Source: Anaeromyxobacter sp. (lineage in GTDB: Bacteria > Myxococcota > Myxococcia > Myxococcales > Anaeromyxobacteraceae). Taken from it: a stretch of DNA of 64,000 bases. A program made the translations under genes and the position numbers. Positions 11,087 to 21,116 of this stretch are shown here, piece after piece. The notes under the pieces are model-generated. The model had not been told where the DNA came from, did not search any database, and worked only from the letters and a program-made list of their open reading frames with translations. The stretch is from assembly GCA_049840735.1 (NCBI GenBank), contig JASGJN010000002.1, positions 160,001 through 224,000 on the forward strand, in the 5' to 3' direction. Position 1 is the first letter of the stretch. Each line of letters opens with the position of its first letter.

Positions 11087-11100
11087 GCAAGCCGCGTGCC
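11087..11100 (-). promoter_or_regulatory. sigma54-like -24/-12 promoter of the transposase
   Basis: GGCAC-GCGGC-TTGC on minus strand, 14 nt before the GTG. Confidence 0.55.
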
Positions 11101-11229
11101 GCCCGTGACCCACCGTGAATGCGCGCCTTTCGCAGCGCGCACCCCTTCCCCCATGGTCCGCCGTTCGTCCGCACCGTCCGCGCCGCGGACGGCCCAGATG
11201 GTGGTCTCCGGGACCTCTAGACGGGATCT

Positions 11230-11596
11230 CTAGAGCAGCGCCTTGACGGGTCTCGACGACCTGCTGGGCCTGGACGGGCTTCACCAGGTAGGCGTTCGCG
11301 CCCAGCGCCATGGCGCGGCGCCGGTCGGCCTCGGCGCCCTCGGTGGTGATCACCACGATGGGGATCCGCTGGTGCGCGCCGCCCGAACGCACCAGCGACA
11401 CGAGCTTGAGCCCGTCCAGCAGCGGCATGTTGATGTCGGTGAGCAGCACGTCGAACCGGCCGGCGGCCAGCTTGCGCCACGCGTCGGCCCCGTCCTCGGC
11501 CTCGGTGGCGTCGATGCCCACCCGCTGCAGCGCGGAGCCGAGCTGCTTGCGCATGGTGGGGCTGTCGTCGACGACGAGGGCGTGCAGATGGGCCAT
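11230..11596 (-). CDS. cheY: CheY-like single-domain response regulator (frameshift near 11249)
   Basis: LVVDDS, LTDINMPLLDG, ITTEG, YLVKP; corrected end VETVKALL*. Confidence 0.9.
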
Positions 11597-11600
11597 GGGC

Positions 11601-12644
11601 TCAAGGGGTCCGTGCGAACCGCGCCAACCGCGCGGCCAGGCCGGCCAGGTCGAGCTCCTCGTCGACCGCGCCGGTGGCGACCGCGGACTGCGGCATGCCG
11701 TATACCACGGCCGACGCGCTCGACTCGGCCAGGGTCAACCCCCCGGCGCGCTTCACGGCCAGGATCCCCTCGGCCCCGTCCTGCCCCATGCCCGTCAGCA
11801 CGACGCCGCAGGCGCGCGGCCCGAGCGCCGCGGCGGCCGAGGCGAGCAGCCGGTCCACCGACGGCGCGTACCGCGAGCCGGAGCGCCCGGGGTCGGCCGG
11901 GCGCACCTCCGCCCGCACGCCGTCCGGGCCGCGGACCAGCTCCAGGTGCCGCCCTCCCGGCGCCACCAGCACGCGCCCGGGCACCACCAAGTCGCCGCTC
12001 TCGGCCTCCTTGGCCGTGAACGACGTGGTCCGCGCCAGCCGTTCCGCGAACGTCGCGGTGAACCGCTCCGGCATGTGCTGCGCCACCACCAGCGCCAGGG
12101 GCAGGTCGCGCGGGAGCGTCGCCAGCAGCTGGCGCAGCGTGTGCGGCCCGCCCGTCGAGGCGCCCAGCACCGCAACGCGCAGCTGCTCGGGCCTCACCGC
12201 GGCCAGCGGCCCGGCCGGCCGGGGCGGGCCCAGGTGCTCGAGCCGGAGCTGGCGCAGCGTCTCCACCTTGTCGAGGAGCTCCTCCCGGAAGTCCTCCGGC
12301 GCGCCCCCGACCGCCGGCTTGGCCAGGAAGTCCAGCGCGCCCAGGTCGAGCGCCTTGAACACGTCCTGCTCGCGCGGGTTGGACGACACCACCAGCACCG
12401 GCGTGGGGCAGCGCGCCATCAAGAGCCGCAGGAACGTGAACCCATCCATGCGCGGCATCTGCAGGTCCAGCAGCACCAGATCGGGCCGGACGCGATCCAC
12501 GGTCCGCAGCGCCTCGTCGCCGTCGCGCGCGGTGCCCACCACCTCCATCCCGGGCGCGTCCCGGAGGATCACCTCCACGGCGGCGCGGCTCATGTCCGAG
12601 TCGTCCACCAGGAGCACCCGCACGTTCCGGGCGGGCGCGCTCAC
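11601..12644 (-). CDS. cheB: Chemotaxis methylesterase CheB
   Basis: REC domain plus GASTGG, QHM, LTGMGQDG. Confidence 0.95.
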   Translation of the reverse strand: MSAPARNVRVLLVDDSDMSRAAVEVILRDAPGMEVVGTARDGDEALRTVDRVRPDLVLLDLQMPRMDGFTFLRLLMARCPTPVLVVSSNPREQDVFKALDLGALDFLAKPAVGGAPEDFREELLDKVETLRQLRLEHLGPPRPAGPLAAVRPEQLRVAVLGASTGGPHTLRQLLATLPRDLPLALVVAQHMPERFTATFAERLARTTSFTAKEAESGDLVVPGRVLVAPGGRHLELVRGPDGVRAEVRPADPGRSGSRYAPSVDRLLASAAAALGPRACGVVLTGMGQDGAEGILAVKRAGGLTLAESSASAVVYGMPQSAVATGAVDEELDLAGLAARLARFARTP

Positions 12645-13507
12645 GGCAGCTCCGGACCGCCCCGCGGGCGCCGGTAGACCAGGTCGGACGTCAGGTGCAC
12701 CAGCTCGAAGTCGGCGGTGACGTTGAGCAGCGACTCGGCGTGCCCGAGCAGCAGCCACCCGCCCGCGCGCATCCGCTGGTGCACGCGGCGGAGCATGGTC
12801 CGGCGCGCCTCCAGGTCGAAGTAGATGATCACGTTCCGGCAGAACACCACGTCCAGCCGCGAGACCGAGGCCAGCGCGCGCGGGTGGAGCAGGTTCTCGC
12901 GCTGGAACCGCACCATGCTCCTCAGCGCGTCGTCCACCACCCACTTGCCCCCGCGCAGGTGGAACCACTTGCGCATGACGTGGGCCTCCGGCGCGCGGAA
13001 GGCGTGCTCGCCGTAGGCGCCGGCCCGCGCCTGGGCGATGCACCGGCGCGAGATGTCGGCCCCCACCACCTCCACCTCCCACCCCTCGAACAGCCCGGCG
13101 GCCCGGATCAGCGCCGCGATGGTGTAGACCTCCTCGCCGGTGCTGCAGCCGGCCGACAGGACGCGCAGCCGCCGGTCGGCGGCGTTGGCCTCGGCCAGCG
13201 CCGGGAGGATCTCCTCGGCGAACGCCTTCAGCTGGTAGGGCTCGCGGTAGAAGTAGGTCTCGTTGGTGGTGAGGACGTCGGTGGCCTCCTCCAGCTCCAG
13301 CTCGCCGCCAGGGTCGAAGCGCAGGTACCGGTGGTAGCCGCCGAAGTCCTCCAGGCCGAGCGCCGCCAGCCGCGGCCCGAGCCGCCGCTCCAGCAGGAAG
13401 CGGGCGTCGTCGCGGTACCACAGCCCGCAGTGCTGGTGCACGAGGTCCCGGAGGAGCCGAAACTCCTCCTCGGTCATGGCGGTCAGCCCGGTGGCGAGCG
13501 GGCTCAT
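12641..13507 (-). CDS. cheR: Chemotaxis methyltransferase CheR
   Basis: TTNETYFYRE, SAGCSTGEEVY, FCRNVIIYFD, LGHAES. Confidence 0.95.
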   Translation of the reverse strand: MSPLATGLTAMTEEEFRLLRDLVHQHCGLWYRDDARFLLERRLGPRLAALGLEDFGGYHRYLRFDPGGELELEEATDVLTTNETYFYREPYQLKAFAEEILPALAEANAADRRLRVLSAGCSTGEEVYTIAALIRAAGLFEGWEVEVVGADISRRCIAQARAGAYGEHAFRAPEAHVMRKWFHLRGGKWVVDDALRSMVRFQRENLLHPRALASVSRLDVVFCRNVIIYFDLEARRTMLRRVHQRMRAGGWLLLGHAESLLNVTADFELVHLTSDLVYRRPRGGPELP

Positions 13508-15597
13508 CGGACGGCCGCGCGGCCGGACAGGGCCCCGGCCGCCTCCGCAAACGCGCGCGCCACCAGCGGGTCGGGGTCGCTCCCGGAGCGCTCCAGCGCC
13601 AGCTCGCGCAGCGCCGGGTCCCCGCGCCCGGCCACGGCCCGCGCCACCGCCTGGCGCACGTCCCAGCGCGGGCTCGCCGCGGCCGCCCGCAGCAGCCGCA
13701 CGCCGGCGTCGCCGGGCAGGCTCGCCGCCGCGGCCACCCCCTCCTTCACCACCTCCGGATCGGCGCTGCCGATGGCCCGCTCCACCACGTCCTCGGGGGC
13801 GCCGCCCAGCGCCACCAGCGCGCGCAGCGCGCCCACCGCCACCACCGGCGGCAGGTCCCGCTCGCGCGCCACCGCCGCGATGGCCGCGGCGTGCTCGGGG
13901 CGGCCGCAGGCGCCCAGCGCCTCCACCACCACCGCCCGGACCGCCGGCTCGGGGTCGGCCAGCGCCCCCTCCAGCCGCCGCACGCCCGCCGCGCCCACCA
14001 GGTCGAGCCCCTCCGCCCCGCGGCTGCGCCGCGCCAGCTCCAGGAACGCCCGCGCCGCGGCGGCGCGCACCGACCAGGCGGCGTCGCCCAGGGCCCCGGC
14101 CAGCTCGGCCGGCGCCTGGCCTGCCAGCGCGCCGCGCTGCGCCAGCGTGGAGATGGCCCCGGCCGCCGCCATGCGCTGCACCACCGAGAGCCGCCCCAGG
14201 CCGGCCCGCAGCCGCTCCACATCCACCGTGTCGCCCAGCGCGCCCAGCACGCGAAACAGCGCCGCCGACGGGCTGGCGCCGGCCCGGTCGCGCAGGGCCG
14301 CCAGCGCCGCCTCCCGCGCCCGCGGGCTCTCCTGCCCCAGCCGCACCAGCGCGGTGGCCGCGATGCCGGAGACCGCGGGCGCGTCGTCGCCCAGCAGCCC
14401 GGCCAGCGGCGCCACGGCGCGCGGGTCGCGCAGCCGCCCCAGCGCGGCGATGGCCTCCGCCTGCAGGTACCCGTCGGGATCGCTGGCCTCGCGGGCCAGC
14501 GACTCCAGCGCCGCCGGGCTCCCCTGCCCCGCCAGCACCGCCAGCGCGGTGATCCGGCCGAACGGGCCCTGCTGCTCCAGCGCCGCGGCCACGGCCTCCT
14601 GCAGCGCCGGCCCGCGGGGCAGCGCCTCGAGCACCTCCTCCACGTACGGCCGGAGCCGGTCCTCCTCGGCCGCCGCCAGCAGCGCGCCCACCTCCGCCAC
14701 CGCCCCGGTCCAGCCCAGCACGGCCAGCGCGCCGACCGCCACGAACGGCTCCTCCGAGCCCAGCGCCGCGGCGCAGGCGGCCGCCGCCTCGGGCTGGACC
14801 GCCGCGCGCACCGCCTCGGCCAGCGGCTCGAGCTCGGCCGAGGTCCGGCGCGAGCGCTGCTGCCCCACGCCGGCCAGCGCCGCCTCGCGCGCGCCGCGCG
14901 ACGGCTCCAGCAGCCCCCGGGCCAGCAGCGCCGCCGCGCCCGGCTCGTCGCTCGCGCCCAGGCTCCGGTAGGCCGGGCGGCGCAGGGCGCGATCGCCCAG
15001 CAGCGCCTCCACCCGGCGCACCGGCGGGGATACCCGCTGCACGCCCAGGGCCTCCAGCGCCGCCAGGCGCAGCGTCCCCTCGTCCGAGTCCAGCGCCGCC
15101 AGCAGGGTCGCCACCGCCTCCGGCCCGCCGATTCTGCCCAGGGCCTCGGCCGCGGCGAAGCGCACGTTGGGATCCGGGTCGGCCAGGCGCGCCGCCAGCG
15201 GCGCCACCGCCCGGCGATCGCCGAGCGGCCCCAGCACGCTGGCCGCGGCCTGGCGCAGGTCCGGGTCGCTCCCGTCCAGCCGCTCGATCAGCGGCGCCAC
15301 CACCTCGGCCCCTCGACGCACCAGCGCGGCCGCCGCGGCGTCGCGGGCGCCCACGTTCTCGCCGCCGGAGAGGCGCGCCAGCAGCACCGGCAGGACCGCA
15401 GCGGCGTCGGCGGCGCCGGCCAGCCGCTCCACCGCCGCGCTGCGCACGCGCCAGCTCGAGTCGCCCAGCAGCACGCCCAGGAGCTCGCGCTCCGCGGCGT
15501 CGGCGGGGTCCAGCTCGCCGGCGGCGCGGTACCGGATCTCGTCGTCGGGGTCCGCCACGCGGGCGCGGCGGTGGCTGCGGGCGTCGCTGGTGGTCAT
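13504..15597 (-). CDS. HEAT/PBS-lyase repeat protein
   Basis: Repeated LxDxDxxVRxAAAxALG motifs; overlaps cheW and cheR ends. Confidence 0.85.
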   Translation of the reverse strand: MTTSDARSHRRARVADPDDEIRYRAAGELDPADAAERELLGVLLGDSSWRVRSAAVERLAGAADAAAVLPVLLARLSGGENVGARDAAAAALVRRGAEVVAPLIERLDGSDPDLRQAAASVLGPLGDRRAVAPLAARLADPDPNVRFAAAEALGRIGGPEAVATLLAALDSDEGTLRLAALEALGVQRVSPPVRRVEALLGDRALRRPAYRSLGASDEPGAAALLARGLLEPSRGAREAALAGVGQQRSRRTSAELEPLAEAVRAAVQPEAAAACAAALGSEEPFVAVGALAVLGWTGAVAEVGALLAAAEEDRLRPYVEEVLEALPRGPALQEAVAAALEQQGPFGRITALAVLAGQGSPAALESLAREASDPDGYLQAEAIAALGRLRDPRAVAPLAGLLGDDAPAVSGIAATALVRLGQESPRAREAALAALRDRAGASPSAALFRVLGALGDTVDVERLRAGLGRLSVVQRMAAAGAISTLAQRGALAGQAPAELAGALGDAAWSVRAAAARAFLELARRSRGAEGLDLVGAAGVRRLEGALADPEPAVRAVVVEALGACGRPEHAAAIAAVARERDLPPVVAVGALRALVALGGAPEDVVERAIGSADPEVVKEGVAAAASLPGDAGVRLLRAAAASPRWDVRQAVARAVAGRGDPALRELALERSGSDPDPLVARAFAEAAGALSGRAAVR

Positions 15598-16163
15598 GCC
15601 TGCCTCGAGGCCTCGGCCAGGGCGCGCGCCAGCTCGGCCTCGCCGGGCGAGGCGGGCTCGAGCAGCGCCTTCACGTTGAGGAGCAGCCGCAGCCGGTGGG
15701 CGCCCGGCCCGCCGCGCCGCCCCGAGCCCGCGCCGCCGCCGGCGGCCTCGCCGCCGCAGACGCCCAGGAAGAAGCGGGGGCCGCCGCCCTCCACCAGGCC
15801 CGGCGCCGGCCGGATCTCGGCCCGCTGGATGCGCAGCACCTCGGTCACCTCGTCCACCACCAGCCCCACCCTGCGGCCGGCCACGTTGACGATCAGGTAC
15901 TTGGTCTTGCGCGTGGCGGGCGCCACGGGCAGCCCCAGGCGCCGCCGCACGTCCAGCACCGGGATCACCTCGCCGCGGAGCCGCACCACGCCCTCCACGA
16001 AGGCCGGCGCGCGCGGCACCGGGGTGATGGGCGCGGGCGGGATGATCTCCCGGACGCGCATGATGTCGATGGCGTAGTCCTCGCCCCCCACGCGGAAGGT
16101 GCAGAGCTGGACCAGCGCGTCCTCCGCAGGAGGGCGCCCCCCGGCGCCGGCCTCAGCCGCCAT
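15594..16163 (-). CDS. cheW: CheW adaptor
   Basis: FRVGGEDYAIDIMRVREI, GVVRLRGEVIPVLD, GLVVDEV. Confidence 0.93.
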   Translation of the reverse strand: MAAEAGAGGRPPAEDALVQLCTFRVGGEDYAIDIMRVREIIPPAPITPVPRAPAFVEGVVRLRGEVIPVLDVRRRLGLPVAPATRKTKYLIVNVAGRRVGLVVDEVTEVLRIQRAEIRPAPGLVEGGGPRFFLGVCGGEAAGGGAGSGRRGGPGAHRLRLLLNVKALLEPASPGEAELARALAEASRQA

Positions 16164-17433
16164 GGCCCCTCCCCTCGGCGCGGCGGCCAGCGCCGCCCTT
16201 GCGCAGCAGCGCCGGCACCTCCAGGACCGTGAAGAGCCGGCCGCGCTCGCGCCCGATGCCGGCCAGGCACTCGGCGGCCGCGCCGGCGATCCCCTGCGGG
16301 CAGGGCTCGATGGAGCCGCGGGGCAGGCGCACCACGCTGGCGAGCTTGTCCACCAGCAGTCCGCAGGGCCCCTCGCCGTCGTCCACGATCACGATGCGCC
16401 CGGTCAGCTCCACGTCCGGCGACGGCGGCAGCCCCAGCCGCAGGCGCGGGTCGAACACCGCCACCACGTCGCCGCGCACCGTCACCACCCCCAGGATGAA
16501 GGCGGGCGCGCGCGGCACCTCGGTGATGGGCGGGGCCTTCAGCACCTCGCGGACCCGGCCGATGGGCACCGCGTACTCCTCCGCGCCCAGCAGGAAGGTC
16601 AGGTACTCGTCCACCGAGTCGTCCTCGGCGGCGGCGGGCGGCGCAGGCGCGGCCGGGACCGCCGCCAGCGCCGGGAGCGCCGGGCCGGCCTCGTCGGCCC
16701 GGAAGAAGAAGTCGTCCAGGGAGTCCGCGGCCGGGACCGGCGTCGGCGCTGGCGCCGCGGCGGGCGCGCCGGGCCGCCAGGGCCGGGCCGGGTCGGGCGC
16801 AGGCGGGAGCGGCAGCGGCCCCAGCACGGCCGGCGCGAGCGCCGGCTGCGGCGCGAGCGGCGCCATGGGCGCGAGCGGCGCCATGGGCGCGAGCGGCGCG
16901 CTGGTCGAGGGCGGGGCCACCACCGGCCCGGCCGCCGGCGCCGGTGCGCCCGCGGCGCCGGGGGCGTAGACGGCGAAGTCGGCCGGCTCGGGCTTCACCG
17001 AGGGCAGCTCGGGGCCGGGGATGAGCGGGCGCTGGCCGCTGCCGGGGCGCCAGGTGGTGAACTGCGAGGCGTCCACGTGCTGCTCGACCTGGGCGGCCGT
17101 CTCCGGCCCGACCACGGTCTCGGCGGCGCGCGCCGAGGCGGGGATGATCACCGGGTAGCCGCCGTCGCGCGCGGGCTCGGCGGGCGGGCCGGGCGCGGGG
17201 CCGCGCCCGGCGGGAGCGGGCGGCGGCGCGGCGCGGCGCGGCGGACGGCTGGGCTCCGGCGTCGGCTCGGCCGCGGCGACCGCGGCGGCAGCGACCGCCT
17301 GTGCCAGCGCCGCGGGGGCGTCCGGATCGGCCTCCGGCGCGGCGGCGGGAGCCGCCGGAGCCTGGGACGGGGCGGCGCCTTCGCGCGCCGCGGCCCGCTC
17401 CTTGGCCTTCTTGCGGATCTCCAGGAAGTCCAT
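16153..17433 (-). CDS. cheW: CheW with long Pro/Ala-rich N-terminal extension
   Basis: C-terminal YLTFLLGAEEYAV...ITEVPRAP...VRGDVV..GLLVD. Confidence 0.88.
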   Translation of the reverse strand: MDFLEIRKKAKERAAAREGAAPSQAPAAPAAAPEADPDAPAALAQAVAAAAVAAAEPTPEPSRPPRRAAPPPAPAGRGPAPGPPAEPARDGGYPVIIPASARAAETVVGPETAAQVEQHVDASQFTTWRPGSGQRPLIPGPELPSVKPEPADFAVYAPGAAGAPAPAAGPVVAPPSTSAPLAPMAPLAPMAPLAPQPALAPAVLGPLPLPPAPDPARPWRPGAPAAAPAPTPVPAADSLDDFFFRADEAGPALPALAAVPAAPAPPAAAEDDSVDEYLTFLLGAEEYAVPIGRVREVLKAPPITEVPRAPAFILGVVTVRGDVVAVFDPRLRLGLPPSPDVELTGRIVIVDDGEGPCGLLVDKLASVVRLPRGSIEPCPQGIAGAAAECLAGIGRERGRLFTVLEVPALLRKGGAGRRAEGRGHGG

Positions 17434-17447
17434 CGCCGGCGAGGAGT

Positions 17448-18271
17448 CTACCCTGCCCGGCGCGAGGCCCCAAGGAAGGCGGCCAGGTCGGCCACGGCCG
17501 CCTCGACCACATCCGCGGACACCGGATCCGCCTCCCGCGCGAACCCCTCCAGCAGCGCCGCCGCGGCCAGCTGGTTGAGGCGCCGCGGGACGCCGCCGGC
17601 GGCCTGGTGCAGCGCGTCCATCGCCTCCGGGGTGAACAGGGGCGCCGCCCGGCCCGCCACCTGGACGCGGTGGGCCAGATATCGCCCGGTTCCTCCCGGT
17701 CGAGCGGCCCCAGGTGGTAGGCGACCCCCACCCGCTGCCAGAAGGGCTCGCCGCCCCGGGCCATGAGCCGCTCCCGCAGCTCCGGCTGGCCGATCAGCAC
17801 CAGCCCCAGCAGCGCGCGGTCGTCGGCGGCCAGGTTGGTGAGCAGCCGCAGCTCGTCGTAGGCCGCCCGCCCCGGCAGCAGCTGGGCCTCGTCGATCACC
17901 ACCACCGCGAAGCTCCCCTGCGCGTCCAGCCCGGCCACGTGCTCGGCCAGGCGGCCGAACAGCTCGGCCTTGCGGCGCGCCGGCGCCAGCCCGAACCCCT
18001 CGGCCACCGCCTCCAGCAGCTGCGCGGGCGGCAGCGCCGGGTGCACCACGAAGCTGAACCGGCAGCGGTCGGCGTAGGCGTCCACCAGGGCGCGAGAGAG
18101 GGTGGTCTTGCCGGCCCCCACGTCGCCGGTCAGCACCGCCACCTCGCGCTCCTCCAGGGCGTGGGAGAGCCGGGCCAGCGCCTCGGCGTGCTGCCGCGAC
18201 GGGTAGAGGAACGCCGGGTCGGGCGTCTTGGAGAAGGGCTTGCGGGCGAGGCCGTAGAACTCGAGGTACAT
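17448..18271 (-). CDS. ExeA/GspA-family AAA ATPase (1-nt deletion near 17691)
   Basis: MYLEFYGLARKPFSKTPDP, GDVGAGKT, VIDEAQ, LIGQPEL, GGVPRRLN. Confidence 0.88.
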
Positions 18272-18293
18272 GGCGTGGCTCCGCGGCCCGGGC

Positions 18294-20446
18294 TCAGCCC
18301 GGCAGCGCCTCCCTCAGCGCGTCGCCCGCCACCACCTCCTCGACGATGGCGGCCACGTCCAGCACCAGCACGGTGCGCCGGCTGCCCAGGTCGGTGGCGC
18401 CGGCGAAGCCGCGCACGCCGTGCAGCGCGGCGCCCAGCGGCTTCACCACGATGTCCTGCTGCCCGACCAGCTCGTCCACGGCGATCCCCAGCCGCTCCTG
18501 CGCCAGCCCGACCACCACCACGAAGAACCGGTCCGGCGCGCGGGTGGACCCGTGGCCGAAGAACCGCCCCAGGCGCAGCAGCGGCAGCGTCGCGCCGCGG
18601 AGCGAGATCACCTCGCGGGTGGAGAGGGTGCGGACGTCCTCCGCCCGGATCTCCAGGATCTCCAGCACGCTGTTGAGCGGCACGGCGTAGATGCGCCCGA
18701 CCACCGAGACCACCAGCGCGCGGAGGATGGCCAGGGTGACCGGGAGCGTGATCTCGAAGCGGGTGCCGCGGCCGCGCTCGGTCTGCAGGTCGATGATCCC
18801 GGAGAGCTCGGCGATGTTGTTCTTCACCACGTCCAGCCCCACGCCGCGGCCGGACAGGGCCGTCACCTGCCGCGCGGTGGAGAAGCCGGGGGTGAAGATG
18901 AGGTTCATGACGTCGCGCCGGGAGAGGTCGGCCAGCGAGGCGGCCGTGGCCAGGCCGCGCTCGACCGCCACCTGCCGGATCCGGTCCTCGTCCATGCCCG
19001 CGCCGTCGTCCTCGACCACGATCTGCACGTGGTTGCCGCGCTGGGCCGCGGCCAGCCGCACGCGCCCCACCTCCGGCTTTCCGGCGCGCCGGCGCACCTC
19101 CGGCCCCTCGACGCCGTGGTCGATGGAGTTGCGGATCAGGTGCATGAGCGGGTCGGACAGCTCCTCGACGATGAGCTTGTCCAGCTCGACGTCCCCGCCC
19201 GCCACCTCGAAGTCGATTCTCCTTGCCCACCTCGCGCGCCAGCTTGCGCACCATCCGCGCCAGCTTGTCGAAGACCTGCTCGAGGGGGACCATGCGCACC
19301 TCGAGGATGCCGGACTGCAGCTCGTCCAGCTTCCGCTCCAGGGCGCGGGTGGAGCGGTAGAGCTCGGCGGCCAGCCCCGGGTCCCCCTCCCCCTTGTAGC
19401 GCTCGGAGAGCGCCAGCAGCATGGACTTGACCAGCACCAGCTCGCCCACCGCGTTCATGAGCCGGTCGAGCTTGTGGATGTCCACCCGGACCGACTGCGA
19501 GGCCGAGCGGAGCGAGGGCGGCTCCTCCGGCGCGGCGTCCGGCACCGGGGAGAGCGCGGCGCCGGCCGGGCCGGCGGGCGGCGCGGCGGCGGGCGCAGGC
19601 GGCGCCCGGGCGGGCGGCTCGGGCGCCGGCGAGCGCGACGGCGGCGCGGGGGACGCCGGCGCGGCCTCGGCCCGCGGTGGCGGGCGGAGGGCCGCGGCGG
19701 CGCCCTTGCGGGCCACCGGCTCCACCGCGGCGCCGGCGCCGGCCTCGCGCAGCACGGTGGCGGCCGGCTCGCGCGAGGCGAACAGCAGCTCGAAGGCGAT
19801 GGCCAGCGGGTCGCGCGCGTCGGAGGACGGCAGCGTGGAGACCACCTCGCCGTGCCGCTTGAGCCGGGCGTTGAGCTCGGAGAGCTCCCTGTCGAAGGTC
19901 TCCAGCGGGAAGCCGACCTTGACGCGGTACAGCGAGAGCCCCTTCTGCACGTTGGCGCGCAGCCGGTGCTCCTCGTACTCGGTCAGCACCCCGCGGACGC
20001 CGGGCGGCAGGTCGATTCTGGTCGAGGACGTCGCCTGGCTCGGCCGCCGCGGCCGCCTCGCGCGAGCGGAGCCGGTCGGCCAGCCTCGCGGCGGCGTCGG
20101 TGGTCTGCGGCGGCCGCCCCTCCGACTCCTCGGCGATGATCCGGCTGAACAGCTCCGGGGCCTCCAGGAGCAGGCTGCTGGCGGCCCGGTCCAGCGGGCG
20201 CCGCCCCATCCGCACGTCGTCGAGCAGGTCCTCCAGGGCGTGGGCCAGCCGCGCCATGCGCTCCACCCCGAACATCGAGGAGAGCCCCTTGAGCGTGTGG
20301 GCGGCCCGGAAGACGGCGTTGAGCAGGTCGGGATCGGCCTCCTCGCCGCCGTCGTCGAGGCGGAGCAGGTCCCGGCCGAGCGCGTCGATGTTCTCCTGGG
20401 CCTCGGAGACGAACTCGCTGAGCGCCTTCTGGGAGCGTTCGGACAT
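18294..20446 (-). CDS. cheA: Chemotaxis histidine kinase CheA (two 1-nt insertions, 19215-19219 and 20014-20018)
   Basis: Hpt FRAAHTLKG, LDRLMNAVGEL, HLIRNSIDHG, DDGAG, SGRGVGLDVV, C-terminal CheW domain. Confidence 0.93.
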
Positions 20447-20504
20447 CGGACGGGGGCCTCGCCTCGGGCGCCGGGGGCGCCGCGGCGGACCGCCGGAGCG
20501 CGCC

Positions 20505-21083
20505 TCAGCGTATCACGGCACCGACGTGCGGCAAGGCGCGGCCCCGGGCCGGCATCTCCACGCGCGAAGGTGGGACCACCACCTCCACCGAGGCGCCGCT
20601 CTCCTGGGCCGCCGCCGAGAGCTCCCGCTGCAGCACCCGCGGCTCGCCCAGCAGCACCTGCCGCCGGACCGGCCGGACCAGGCTGGCCTCCAGCCAGAGC
20701 CGCGCCGCCAGGGCCGCGTCGCCGGCCAGGAGCGGCATGCTGGTGCCGAAGGACTCGTTGCCGGCGCGCGCCATGGCCTCGCAGGCCTGCCGCGTGGCGC
20801 GCAGGAAGGCATCGGCGGTGAGCGCGGCGCTCCCGGGCAGGCCGAAGCAGAAGATGCGGGTGGCCCGGACCCGGCCGCCGGAGGGGAGCAGCAGCGCCTC
20901 GTCGGCGTGGCCGTCAAAGAAGCCGTTGCGGATGGCCCGCGAGATGGCGCCGCACATGCGCCAGTCGGCGTAGCCGGCGAACCCCTGCAGCGGCCGCTCC
21001 GGCCCCACGAAGACCGCCAGCGCGTCCACGTCCAGCCCGTCGAGCGCCGCCAGCCCCAGCTCCGCCACCTCGATCTTGAGCAC
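20505..21083 (-). CDS. Protein resembling peptidase M17 N-terminal domain alone
   Basis: ERPLQGFAGYADWRMCGAISR...EALLL...RIFCFGL; no catalytic domain. Confidence 0.6.
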   Translation of the reverse strand: MLKIEVAELGLAALDGLDVDALAVFVGPERPLQGFAGYADWRMCGAISRAIRNGFFDGHADEALLLPSGGRVRATRIFCFGLPGSAALTADAFLRATRQACEAMARAGNESFGTSMPLLAGDAALAARLWLEASLVRPVRRQVLLGEPRVLQRELSAAAQESGASVEVVVPPSRVEMPARGRALPHVGAVIR

Positions 21084-21116
21084 GCGCAGGGTCCCTCTCT
21101 CCGCCCGGGCGCCGGC

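Larger units (their letters stand above)
10127..11215. mobile_element. RAYT/TnpA(REP)-like element bounded by 16-bp inverted REP-like repeats
   Basis: GGTCCCGGAGACGACC (10127-10142) vs GGTGGTCTCCGGGACC (11200-11215), 15/16 inverted match, enclosing an HUH transposase. Confidence 0.6.
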
